58,298 nt of DNA from an uncultured Candidatus Saccharibacteria bacterium (GTDB lineage Bacteria > Patescibacteriota > Minisyncoccia > Phycocordibacterales > UBA5272). Made by a program: the position numbers and the translations under genes. Below, in pieces: positions 28,269 through 37,242 of the stretch (positions within the stretch are counted from its first letter, which is position 1; every line of letters starts with the position of its first letter). The stretch is taken from positions 1-58,298 of the forward strand of contig CAZNVC010000004.1 of assembly GCA_964576685.1 (NCBI GenBank), in the 5' to 3' direction. The notes under the pieces are model-generated. The model was not told the DNA's origin. It was given only the letters and a program-made list of their open reading frames with translations, and did not search any database.

Positions 28269-28503
28269 GGTATTTTGTTTCGTAACCTTGTTACTCACAA
28301 AACACTCAAAGTTTTGACCTAAAGAAACGTCGACAAAATTATGAAAATGAAAGTCATGGGGACAACTTTCATTTTTATAATTTTGTAGACCGACGTTTCG
28401 CTTCGAGCCCTGCGCAATGAGCATTTAGCTCATTGCTTGTACCCCAGCAAATGTAAAAATACGCTTCATTTGAAGCGTATTTTTACATTTGCTGGGGTAC
28501 AAG
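28269..28503. other. Conserved multi-hairpin element E2 (candidate structured RNA or recombination site), homologous to 58025-58255
   Basis: Shared blocks ggt.tttt.tttc.taac.t.ttact.acaaaacactc, cctaaagaaa.gtcgacaaaa and tagaccgac.tttcgcttcga. Three hairpins lie at equivalent positions. Confidence 0.7.
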
Positions 28504-28647
28504 GGCTCGGTCACAAATCTGCCTCACTTCGTTCGAAGCAGATTCGCTACCCCGTATTCGAGTCCTTACGCAAGCAAAGCAGTTTGCTTGCTGTACCCCA
28601 AGCTAACACGAAGTGTAAGAACGCTTCGCGTGCAATGAGATGTGTTA
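28491..28647. repeat. 157-nt structured repeat unit (copy C) directly abutting the tRNA-Gln 3' end
   Basis: Starts with gctggggtacaagggctcg, a 19-nt exact copy of 28648-28666. Confidence 0.85.
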
Positions 28648-28648
28648 G

Positions 28649-28719
28649 CTGGGGTACAAGGGCTCGAACCTCGATTAACGGTGCCAGAAACCGTTGTCCT
28701 ACCATTAGACGATACCCCA
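28649..28719 (-). tRNA. tRNA-Gln (anticodon CUG), no encoded CCA
   Basis: Hand-folded cloverleaf: acceptor UGGGGUA/UACCCCA, D stem GUCU/GGAC, anticodon stem ACGGU/ACCGU with loop UUCUGGC, T arm CGAGG-UUCGAGC-CCUUG, discriminator G. Close to E. coli tRNA-Gln. Confidence 0.9.
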
Positions 28720-28852
28720 ATCGGATAGCTAGTAGCTTTTAGACTTTAGCCATTAGCTTTTTAATTCACTCAAGTACGTTATCGAATCTTTATTGTCCTT
28801 CGTACTCAGGACCGCTATATTCTACCGCTTCACGTTGTTATACTTTGCTGCT

Positions 28853-28895
28853 GTCCTACCATTAGACCTACCTGCCGTAGGCAGGCGATACCCCA
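28853..28895 (-). pseudogene. Fragment duplicating the 5' ~25 nt of tRNA-Gln, interrupted by an 18-19-nt palindrome
   Basis: gtcctaccattagac + ctacctgccgtaggcagg + cgatacccca, compared with the uninterrupted gtcctaccattagacgatacccca at 28695-28719. Confidence 0.7.
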
Positions 28896-29137
28896 AGATA
28901 CAGCTTGTAGCCGTTAGTCTGTAGCTTTTGCTAAAGTTATAAAAGGCTTCTCTGTGTGAGGAGAATACTAACATATTTATGTACAATTTTCCATCCAATT
29001 ATTTTGCATTGTGGTAATTGATACGACGGTGGCGCTCTTTAGTATCGCTACTCGCTATTGGCTATCAGCTACTGGCTGTCCCATGTGGATTGACTCAGAA
29101 TTTTCAAGGATTTCGTTGGTATACTGAAAGACGTAGT

Positions 29138-31708
29138 ATGGCTAAATTTTCTTTCAAGCGGCCACGCATCATCTCTAAAAAATTTCCTGAGATGGATTCG
29201 ACAATTGATGGCGTCTCAAAGTCTCTCAATGAGCTTGTATTTTCGTATGCAGAAAAGGTAGATAAGACGCTCCAGAAGAAGCATGTCATGATGGCTATGT
29301 CGTCGCTTGTACTGCTTCTTGTGCTTGGAAGTTTCATTTCACCAAAAGGAAAAGCAGAGAGCAGTATCTTTTATCCTGATACTTGTCTTGGTGGTTGGGT
29401 GAACCCACAGTACGCTCAAGGAGAGCAGGAAACGACTTCTAATGGCGATGAGTCCCAGTTTACAAAAAATAACTCCGCCGTACTTCCTAAGAATACCGAT
29501 GCCGAGATGTATTGTGGTAACTTCAAAGGAAAGTTTGACAGTTCTACTCGCCCTACAAAAATAATTGTTTCACTTGCACTCACTAAAGGACCAGATCTTC
29601 TCCTTGAAGACACTCTCGAAAGTGGGCTCGTCGCATCATCATCAGTGACCACAACTGCAACAACGACCGATACGCCACTTATACTTGCATCATCAACTGC
29701 ATCCTCAATACCGGAAGAAGCTTCTGCTACTTCAAGTCAGGAGAGTACTTCTTCACAGGTAGAATTAGCAACTTCAACATCATCTGAAGCGACTTCTACC
29801 GAAACTGCTACACCGATTGTTTCTCCACAGGAGCCACCGTCGGTACTCAATGGAATCATCGAATCTGTAAAGGATACCATCAACACACTTTTTGATTCTA
29901 AGAGTAGTGACACTCCTGGGACTACAGACACGGTGGTTATTCCACCACCAGCACCTGAACCAGCTCCTACACCAGCTTCAGAGTCATCTCCAGTTCAAGA
30001 GCCAGCTCCAGCTCCTGCACCAGAATCAGCACCAACATCGTACCTCCCATTACTCAAGGAAAATATCCTTTCATCGCTTTTCCAAAAAGTCTTCGCACAG
30101 GAAGAGGGGGTATCACCTACACCACCAACTGATCCAGCACCTACTCCTACTCCTCAGGAATCACTATCCCCTGTCATTACAGAACCGGCATCGAGTGAAG
30201 GAACACCACCAAGTGAAACTATACCGACAACAACGTCTAATTCACCACAAGATGGAATCACGGTAGGCACCTCAAGTGAACAAACATCGACTACTGATAG
30301 CGCAACAACTCCTTCATCAGAAACACAAGATACACATAGTACTACTACTATAGAAGAGAATCATATTGATACTCCTCAAGCATCTTCGCTTCTTGAGGCC
30401 CTTACTAACACGATAAGCGCTTCCTCGAGCGATATGTCTGCTACTAGTACCGCAACAACAGCAGATACAACAGCTACTACAACAGAAACAGCAACAGCAA
30501 CAACAACTTCAACTGACGACAACCAATTCCAGAATAACTTTCTCGAAGTACTCTATACGTTCGATGGTGTGACCTGGACATCCCTCGGCGAGCTTAATGA
30601 AATTTCTATGAAATATCGTACGTTTGAAATTCCTGTCACTGCAAGTACTACATGGGATGATATGAGTAAGCTTCAAGTGAAAGTGATCGCCAAGAAGCAT
30701 TCAAGCGACACTCCCACGGTATATCTCGATGCAATCAAAGTAGAAGTGCTTTTCGATACCACACTCCTTCATTCACATCCTGATTTTGCACGAGACACTA
30801 TCTTACAAGATGAGACAGCAGGAGGAATGCGTATTGTGACAATAATCAACAACGAGACTAATCAAGAAGAAATTTGGTATATGTATCTCGATGATGCAAC
30901 GTCTACTGATACAAATGCTTCATCTACAGATGTATCTGCAACTACAACCTCTCAAAGTCCCCAAGCGTCAATTACTTCTCAGCTTAGTGAGGGAACAAGT
31001 ACTGTAGACGGGGCAACTACTACCATTTCGACAAGCACTCCACTGATTAAGCCAGTACTTCCAAAGAACATTTGGATGAAATTTAACGGAAAAAGAAAGG
31101 AAGGTGTTTCTGGAGAAATATTTGCAGAAATCATTAAAAAAACAGACGAAGAGAAAAATAAGAGCGAAGAAGATAAGAAAAAAGAACTCCCTGATTTTAC
31201 ATTAGATGTTATTAGGAGGATTAAGGGAACCTTCTCAAATGTTGTAATCGTACAACTTCAGAAAAATAATAATGAGGCATTATGGGTATATGATATAGAA
31301 AAAAATACAGAAGAAAAAATCGGCGAAGGAACTTCAACTTCCATAGCTTCTAATTCCCCACTTGGAGTGAAGGACGGATATATTTTTTGGTTATCCGCAG
31401 ATAATTCGACAGTGTTTGCATATAATATAGTAACCAAGGATATTAAAGAGCAGCCTGTTCCACTATACGATACTTCAAAAGGTGAAAGGGGGGAGGTGAT
31501 ATTTCTCGACATACCTTGGAAAGTAATCATAAACGGAGATAAATTTTCTTTCTTTAGTGAAGCTACAGGAGAAGTATTTTCTGATGATAACGGTAGTGTT
31601 GCTGAAGCACTCCGCCAGAAACTTAAACTTGATACGGTTCTAGACAAAGAATCGCTCAGTAATCTCAATCTTCAAGTAGAGAGCATGGATGATTCTGTAA
31701 GTAGATAA
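29138..31708 (+). CDS. Membrane-anchored S/T/P-rich surface protein
   Basis: ATG 29138 lies 14 nt after TGGTATACT (29115-29123). One TM (VMMAMSSLVLLLVLGSFI), long Ser/Thr/Pro-rich tracts (PAPEPAPTPASESSPVQEPAPAPAPESAP), and a structured C-terminal region. Confidence 0.65.
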   Translation: MAKFSFKRPRIISKKFPEMDSTIDGVSKSLNELVFSYAEKVDKTLQKKHVMMAMSSLVLLLVLGSFISPKGKAESSIFYPDTCLGGWVNPQYAQGEQETTSNGDESQFTKNNSAVLPKNTDAEMYCGNFKGKFDSSTRPTKIIVSLALTKGPDLLLEDTLESGLVASSSVTTTATTTDTPLILASSTASSIPEEASATSSQESTSSQVELATSTSSEATSTETATPIVSPQEPPSVLNGIIESVKDTINTLFDSKSSDTPGTTDTVVIPPPAPEPAPTPASESSPVQEPAPAPAPESAPTSYLPLLKENILSSLFQKVFAQEEGVSPTPPTDPAPTPTPQESLSPVITEPASSEGTPPSETIPTTTSNSPQDGITVGTSSEQTSTTDSATTPSSETQDTHSTTTIEENHIDTPQASSLLEALTNTISASSSDMSATSTATTADTTATTTETATATTTSTDDNQFQNNFLEVLYTFDGVTWTSLGELNEISMKYRTFEIPVTASTTWDDMSKLQVKVIAKKHSSDTPTVYLDAIKVEVLFDTTLLHSHPDFARDTILQDETAGGMRIVTIINNETNQEEIWYMYLDDATSTDTNASSTDVSATTTSQSPQASITSQLSEGTSTVDGATTTISTSTPLIKPVLPKNIWMKFNGKRKEGVSGEIFAEIIKKTDEEKNKSEEDKKKELPDFTLDVIRRIKGTFSNVVIVQLQKNNNEALWVYDIEKNTEEKIGEGTSTSIASNSPLGVKDGYIFWLSADNSTVFAYNIVTKDIKEQPVPLYDTSKGERGEVIFLDIPWKVIINGDKFSFFSEATGEVFSDDNGSVAEALRQKLKLDTVLDKESLSNLNLQVESMDDSVSR

Positions 31709-31713
31709 TAATT

Positions 31714-32730
31714 ATGAATACTTTTTTAAAAACAAACAATAAAAGTAAAGGGACTCACGGAGCACCGTCTAGCATGATATATAAAGTGCTTAATGGGGTA
31801 ATGGTCTGTGCGCTCCTCTTCACTTATTTTTGGTATATTCCTCACCAAGACAAGCGTGTGGATGTTGTAACAAGAAATCCTTTTCTTAACCCAGCCCTTG
31901 CTGTACTAGATAAAGATAACTTGATTGTTAATTTCCAAGGACTTCGTGATTCGCTCACCTCTACTTACGAAAATCGTGATGATTATCTTGTTTCTATTTA
32001 TTTTGAGTATCTTCCTACCGGCGCCAATATTGCTGTCAACAAAGATGAAAAAATCTGGCCCGCAAGTCTTATTAAGATCCCTGTAGCGATGGCAATTATG
32101 AAAAAGGTACAGGAAAAAAAGTGGAAGCTTTCAAATGAGCTTGTAATTCTTGATCAGGACAAGGATAGTGAATACGGTGCGATGTATAAAGAGCCAACAG
32201 GAACAACCCACACGATTAAAACATTTTTGGAAGAGACGCTCATTAATTCTGATAACACTGCTCATTTCGTTTTGCTCCGCAATTTAGACGGTGATGAGCT
32301 TGAGGATGTGTATATTCACCTTGGTATGGATGACATTATTGACGCTCTTAAGAAATCGCCTACGAAAGAAGCTGAAATTGATAACCGTATTACTGCGAAA
32401 CGATATTCAATTTTCTTTAGGTCGCTCTATAACGCAACATACCTTACCCAAGAGTATTCTCAACTCTTTTTATCTATTTTAGAAAAGGCTCCCCGTGAAT
32501 TATTAAGTAGAGGAATTCCTGATGGGGTTTCATTTGTTCATAAAACAGGAATCCGTATCGATGAAGGTGTGCGAGCTGATTCAGGTATTGTCTATATACC
32601 TGGTCGACCTTACATTCTGACAGTTATGGTACAGCAAAAAAAGAAAGGGAAACTTGATGAGGAGGATATCAATAAAATATTTGAAGCTATTTCGAAAGAA
32701 GTCTATACTTATGTTGCCAATGCTCATTAA
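31714..32730 (+). CDS. Membrane-anchored serine hydrolase with class A beta-lactamase/PBP fold
   Basis: SxxK (ASLIK), SDN (NSDNT) and KTG (HKTG) motifs in canonical order. N-terminal TM. Confidence 0.75.
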   Translation: MNTFLKTNNKSKGTHGAPSSMIYKVLNGVMVCALLFTYFWYIPHQDKRVDVVTRNPFLNPALAVLDKDNLIVNFQGLRDSLTSTYENRDDYLVSIYFEYLPTGANIAVNKDEKIWPASLIKIPVAMAIMKKVQEKKWKLSNELVILDQDKDSEYGAMYKEPTGTTHTIKTFLEETLINSDNTAHFVLLRNLDGDELEDVYIHLGMDDIIDALKKSPTKEAEIDNRITAKRYSIFFRSLYNATYLTQEYSQLFLSILEKAPRELLSRGIPDGVSFVHKTGIRIDEGVRADSGIVYIPGRPYILTVMVQQKKKGKLDEEDINKIFEAISKEVYTYVANAH

Positions 32731-35700
32731 AAAAACATCAATTATTTTTTTGATCATCACTTTATTTTTTTCTGGATTTGATCCTGCTGGTTTCGTATTC
32801 TTGTTTGAAAATATTGCAAAAAATTCCTCTTCAGGAATCGTTGACGCAGTGTATTTAGCAGGAAAGAACAAAAATGTTGTTGATAGTTTTTTTGCAAAAA
32901 AGGATATTGCTCACGCAGCAATCAATACTGCAGAAAAGGAATATGCTATTGATATCGGTCCTGTGAATGGTTCAACGACAGCAAACTACGTATATACTTC
33001 ATTTTTTAACCCGGGAAGTTCTGGCCGCACGGCATATATTAAGCGTATTGCAATTCGTGCTAATACTGCATCCTCTACGGCTTCAAACTACGTTAACCTT
33101 ACTGTTCGTCGTATCACCACAGCATCTGCAGGGACACAAATATCGGCTACGAATTTTCCACAAAAAAATGCAAGCTCATCTAACTCCGTCATGGAAGTAC
33201 GGTATGGTGGGGTGGCAGTAACCTTGTCTGGTACAGTTGATTCGAGAATCATAGGGCAACCGCTTTCGGGTGCTGTTGGGTCATATTATAGTAAGAGAGA
33301 TATTACTTTTGCGAGTGGGGACGAGAAACTGATTCTCCAGCCAGGAGAAGGAATAGCGGTGTATCAAGAAACAGCAGGAACACTTTCAACAAAAGTGCGA
33401 GTACTTATTGAGTGGGATGAAACAGCAACACCCCCCACAGGTGGTGGAGAATTTTTATTTACATTTCCGAGGGTTGAAGTTGCCGCAACATCAAGTTCTG
33501 TGTATAACTCATTCTTTAATCCTTCCGGTTCAGGGAAGACTGCTGTAATACGGCGTATTTGGTTTGGCTCGGAAACATGTGATACTACCGCGGTGTATAC
33601 GAATAATCTGGTTCTCAAAAGAACGACAGCCGCCTCGGGAGGGACGGCAATTAGTGCTTCAAATATTCCAAAGAAAAATACAAGTAGTAGCAATAGTGCT
33701 ATGGAGTTTAGACACACTAATGTCACCGTCTCAACTGTTGGAGGGACGGACGCACGCATCGGACATGTTACTCCATGTGGGACCACTGCTCAAGCTCATG
33801 GTTGGCAGGAAATAAATTTTGATCAAAATGATGAAGAGTTGATTCTTCAGCAAGGTGAGGGTATAGCATTAATCTCAGAAGGAACCGGGGATGTGGATCA
33901 GCTTGTACGCATGATTATTGAATGGGACGAGGTTTCTTCCGCAAGCACTCCATCATCACAAGGGGAGTACATTTGGGCTTCTGATAAAGTCGCCTCATCT
34001 ACGCTTGCAAACACTACATTGTATTCTTTCTTTAACCCTACAGGTTCAGGGAAAACTGCAGTGATTAAACGTTTAGCAATACGCGCAAATGCTACAACGA
34101 CTGCTGCATATACTTCATTTCAATTTCGTCGCATCACTACAGCTTCTGGGGGGACGCTTATCACTGCAACTGATTTACCCAAGAAACATACAGGAACGTC
34201 AGACAGTATCATGGAAGCCAGATGGTGTCTTAGGGGGTGTAATTCAACTATTTCTGCAACGTATGTAGGGACTTCTGATGGGAAGCTGCTCTCTGTTACT
34301 GGTGCAGGTGCGGTAGCCCAAACAATAGGACAGCGTGAGATAGTTTTTGGTGCAAATGAAAAAATTATTTTACAGCCAGGTGAAGGGATAGCTCTCTATA
34401 ATGATGTTCTTACTTCGAGTGCTGCAGAGTCGGTAAAAATTGTTATTGAATGGGGGGAGCAGGCATCAACTCCGACATCGCAAGGAGAATATCTTATGGA
34501 TATTGGTCCAATTAACGGGAGTACTGCAACGACTTATAATTATATTTCATTCTTTAATCCTGCTTCATCTGGGCAAAATGCTGTTTTTAGGAGAATTGGT
34601 ATTCGAGTGGATGCGGTTGCAGCTGCTGTGTATGTGCCAATACAAATACGACGTATCACCTCTTCTTCCGGTGGTACCGTGATCGCCTCCTCTACATATC
34701 CCAAGAAACACACAGGAACAGCTACAAGTAGCATGGAAATACGTACTACTGGGGTGACTGTAGTGTATGCAGGAGCTACAACTTCGGCAATGTTGGGTAT
34801 ACAAACACCAGGAGCAGTTGCTTCTGCTGCCGCAGGGAATACAGGATATAAGGAAATCGAATTTAACGACAGTGAACCCCTCGTCCTTAAACCAGGCGAA
34901 GGGATTGTTCTCTATCAAACACCAACAGCGGGTGATGCAGATTTTCGTGTTCGATTACTAGTCGAGTGGGCAGAACAATCCACAGCACCTACCGCTCTTG
35001 GTGAATTTCTTATGATGATTGGACCAGTAAACCAGTCATTGACTGCGGGATATGTGTATGCGACATTATTTAATCCGCTTACTTCAGCAAAGAATTTTAT
35101 TTTGAGGCGTATTGGAATGCAGGTTGATAGAAGTGGTGCGGCAACTAATCCGGCGTATATCCCTGTCGCAATCAGACGTATTATTACAGCTTCAGGAGGA
35201 ACACTAGTTGCTACAACAAGTGTGCTCAAGAATACAGGCTCTTCTTCATCGACCGCAGAAGTTCGTTCTACAGGGGTCACAGCCACAATGGTGGGAGCTA
35301 CAGAATCTCGTCTTGTTGCTGGGACAATGCCTGGGGCAGTGAATCAAATATTTGGTGACAGTGAAAGTGAAATTACCTCAGGTGATGAGCTTGTGCTTGC
35401 GCCTGGGCAAGGTGTTGCTCTTTATCAAGAGCAGGCAACTGGTGATGCCAATGTTCGATATCGTTTTGCGGTCGAGTGGGCTGAAACAAGCACCTCCTCG
35501 CAAGCCCAATCACTTACCTTCTCCGTTTCTACTTCAACTATTTATTTTGGGGTTGTTTCTCCGGTGCTCGCTCGCTATGCATCGAGTACTAGTACAGGAG
35601 GAAGTGATACAGAAGTGGAAGCACATACCTTTAGTGTTATTACCAATGCTGCAAATGGATATACAGTTACCACTAGAGGGGCAACACTCACCTCCGCGTC

Positions 35701-35992
35701 TGGAACTATTGCAGCAATTGGAGCAGCAAATACAGCTTCAGCGACAGGGACTGAACAATTTGGTATTCGTATAACAGCAAGTGGTGGATCTGGAACAACT
35801 ACGACCCCGTACGCAGAAAGTGGTTTTGCATTTGCTGCGACAGCGACAACCTCTTCTCAGGTGGCAAGTGCCTCTGTTGGAGATAATGCTACAACAACGT
35901 TCTCAGTTCGTTATATTGCAAATGTGGCTCCAACTACACCTGCTGCGTCATATTCTACAAATATTATTTTCGTTGCGACTGCAAATTTTTAA
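32711..35992 (+). CDS. Giant exported protein: five ~172-aa tandem repeats plus a C-terminal WxL-like domain (CscC-like)
   Basis: Signal/TM MLPMLIKKTSIIFLIITLFF. FFNP motif at ORF-track aa 117, 287, 459, 633 and 805. Each repeat ends ..IEW[DGA]E. The C-terminus ends FVATANF. Start 32711 or 32720 overlaps the upstream stop. Confidence 0.75.
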   Translation: MLPMLIKKTSIIFLIITLFFSGFDPAGFVFLFENIAKNSSSGIVDAVYLAGKNKNVVDSFFAKKDIAHAAINTAEKEYAIDIGPVNGSTTANYVYTSFFNPGSSGRTAYIKRIAIRANTASSTASNYVNLTVRRITTASAGTQISATNFPQKNASSSNSVMEVRYGGVAVTLSGTVDSRIIGQPLSGAVGSYYSKRDITFASGDEKLILQPGEGIAVYQETAGTLSTKVRVLIEWDETATPPTGGGEFLFTFPRVEVAATSSSVYNSFFNPSGSGKTAVIRRIWFGSETCDTTAVYTNNLVLKRTTAASGGTAISASNIPKKNTSSSNSAMEFRHTNVTVSTVGGTDARIGHVTPCGTTAQAHGWQEINFDQNDEELILQQGEGIALISEGTGDVDQLVRMIIEWDEVSSASTPSSQGEYIWASDKVASSTLANTTLYSFFNPTGSGKTAVIKRLAIRANATTTAAYTSFQFRRITTASGGTLITATDLPKKHTGTSDSIMEARWCLRGCNSTISATYVGTSDGKLLSVTGAGAVAQTIGQREIVFGANEKIILQPGEGIALYNDVLTSSAAESVKIVIEWGEQASTPTSQGEYLMDIGPINGSTATTYNYISFFNPASSGQNAVFRRIGIRVDAVAAAVYVPIQIRRITSSSGGTVIASSTYPKKHTGTATSSMEIRTTGVTVVYAGATTSAMLGIQTPGAVASAAAGNTGYKEIEFNDSEPLVLKPGEGIVLYQTPTAGDADFRVRLLVEWAEQSTAPTALGEFLMMIGPVNQSLTAGYVYATLFNPLTSAKNFILRRIGMQVDRSGAATNPAYIPVAIRRIITASGGTLVATTSVLKNTGSSSSTAEVRSTGVTATMVGATESRLVAGTMPGAVNQIFGDSESEITSGDELVLAPGQGVALYQEQATGDANVRYRFAVEWAETSTSSQAQSLTFSVSTSTIYFGVVSPVLARYASSTSTGGSDTEVEAHTFSVITNAANGYTVTTRGATLTSASGTIAAIGAANTASATGTEQFGIRITASGGSGTTTTPYAESGFAFAATATTSSQVASASVGDNATTTFSVRYIANVAPTTPAASYSTNIIFVATANF

Positions 35993-36153
35993 AAGAAAAT
36001 GTTTGACTTTTGGTTAATTTATTATTTTAAAAACAATGAAATAAGGGGATTTTTAGATTTATCCACTTAGAGTACGCGGTGTGGGCGTGGTATGCTTATT
36101 GTATCTATGTAGTTGATGTACTTTGTTTTGGTATATCTAAGCTATAGATTTTT

Positions 36154-37242
36154 ATGTCACCTAAAAATTTTATAATCCCTTGCGTCAGTACCATTATTAT
36201 TGGAATCGTTCTTGTTACTCTTATTGGTCAGGCAGAGAAAGTGTATGCGCTAGCACTCACAACACTTTCAGATACTCAATCTTCGCTTAAGGTTAACACG
36301 CTTTCAGATCATACAATTCAGTTTGTAACGCAGTCGGGAATTGGAGCAGGGGAGGGATTTAGCATCACGTTTCCTTTCGGATATTCTTTGGATACTTTTT
36401 CTGTTAATAACTTTGATATGGCAACAAGTACTTCGGCTACTTGTTCTGGTTTTTCTGATGCTCTTCTGGCTTCCGGGGCTGCTTCTGGTCTCACATGGGG
36501 AGTCACACAGGGGACATCTTCTGTGTATTTCACATCAGGTACCGCCACAATTCCAGCCAATCGCTGTATACAAGTAAGAATCGGTTCAAATGCCATCTCA
36601 CAGGCCTCAGGAACAATGGTGATCACAAATCCTGTAGCATCAGGACAAAATGTGATTAGTATTTCGAGTGATCTTGGAGATTCAGGTATTATCACAGAAC
36701 ATATCATTGATAATGACACTGTTTCAATGACGGGGACAATTTCTCAGGCGCTAACTTTTAGTATTTCAACTACCACACTCTACTTTGGTACCCTTAATTC
36801 AGTCGGAGCTAAGTTCGCTTCTTCTACCAACCCTTCAGGAGACACAATAGAAACGGTTGCTCACACGCTTTCTGTTAATACTAACGCACCGTCTGGATTT
36901 ACTATCTCGGTACGAGGTCAGACACTTACCTCACAACAGAATTCAGCCAACACAATTAGTGTAATAGGAGCAACGGCAGCATCTTCAACACCAGGTACGG
37001 AGCAGTTTGGTCTAAGAGCAACTGAATCAGGGGGTATAGGGACGGCAGTAAGTTCCCCGTTTAATTCTGCAACCTCATATGGATATGCTGCAACCGCGAC
37101 AACATCAGAAATCTTAGCAACAGGAAGTGGATCCACCCCAACATCTATTTACTCGCTTAGCTATGTTGTTAACATTGCTGCGGTTACTGAGGCAGGTATT
37201 TATGCTGCTGACCTCGTGTATACTGCTACTGCTAACTTCTAA
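36154..37242 (+). CDS. Exported two-domain surface protein, paralog 1 (WxL-like C-terminal domain, CscB-like)
   Basis: Signal peptide ending VYA. Mature N-terminus LALTTLSDTQSSL. C-terminal domain from 36745 with LYFGTL, SGFTIS and the end YTATANF. Confidence 0.75.
   Translation: MSPKNFIIPCVSTIIIGIVLVTLIGQAEKVYALALTTLSDTQSSLKVNTLSDHTIQFVTQSGIGAGEGFSITFPFGYSLDTFSVNNFDMATSTSATCSGFSDALLASGAASGLTWGVTQGTSSVYFTSGTATIPANRCIQVRIGSNAISQASGTMVITNPVASGQNVISISSDLGDSGIITEHIIDNDTVSMTGTISQALTFSISTTTLYFGTLNSVGAKFASSTNPSGDTIETVAHTLSVNTNAPSGFTISVRGQTLTSQQNSANTISVIGATAASSTPGTEQFGLRATESGGIGTAVSSPFNSATSYGYAATATTSEILATGSGSTPTSIYSLSYVVNIAAVTEAGIYAADLVYTATANF

Noticed and set aside
28325-28398. Hammerhead-type ribozyme suggested by GAAAC followed by GUC in element E
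   Set aside because: No CUGAUGA box or appropriate three-stem junction is present on either strand. The GAAACGUC is simply part of the palindromic outer stem.
28491-28647. The 157-nt unit as a genuine tRNA or tRNA-like gene, since it has UGGGGUA at one end and ...CCCUUGUACCCCA at the other
   Set aside because: No D arm, anticodon arm or complete T arm can be folded. The apparent 5' acceptor strand is better explained as the inverted-repeat arm of the hairpin that follows the real tRNA-Gln.
24914-28666. Possible CRISPR array formed by the repeated gctggggtacaagg... units
   Set aside because: There are only two good copies plus degenerate ones. The units are ~157 nt, the spacing is irregular (kilobases versus adjacent), there are no short regular spacers and no cas genes. 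The repeat core is a tRNA 3' end.
32654-32710. Long N-terminal extensions in the ORF track (32654, 29018, 44364, 15475, 13328, 51022, 28102, 23659)
   Set aside because: The extensions overlap upstream genes, terminators or repeats. Internal ATGs give proper signal peptides or conserved N-termini, and several are preceded by a -10 box or an SD.
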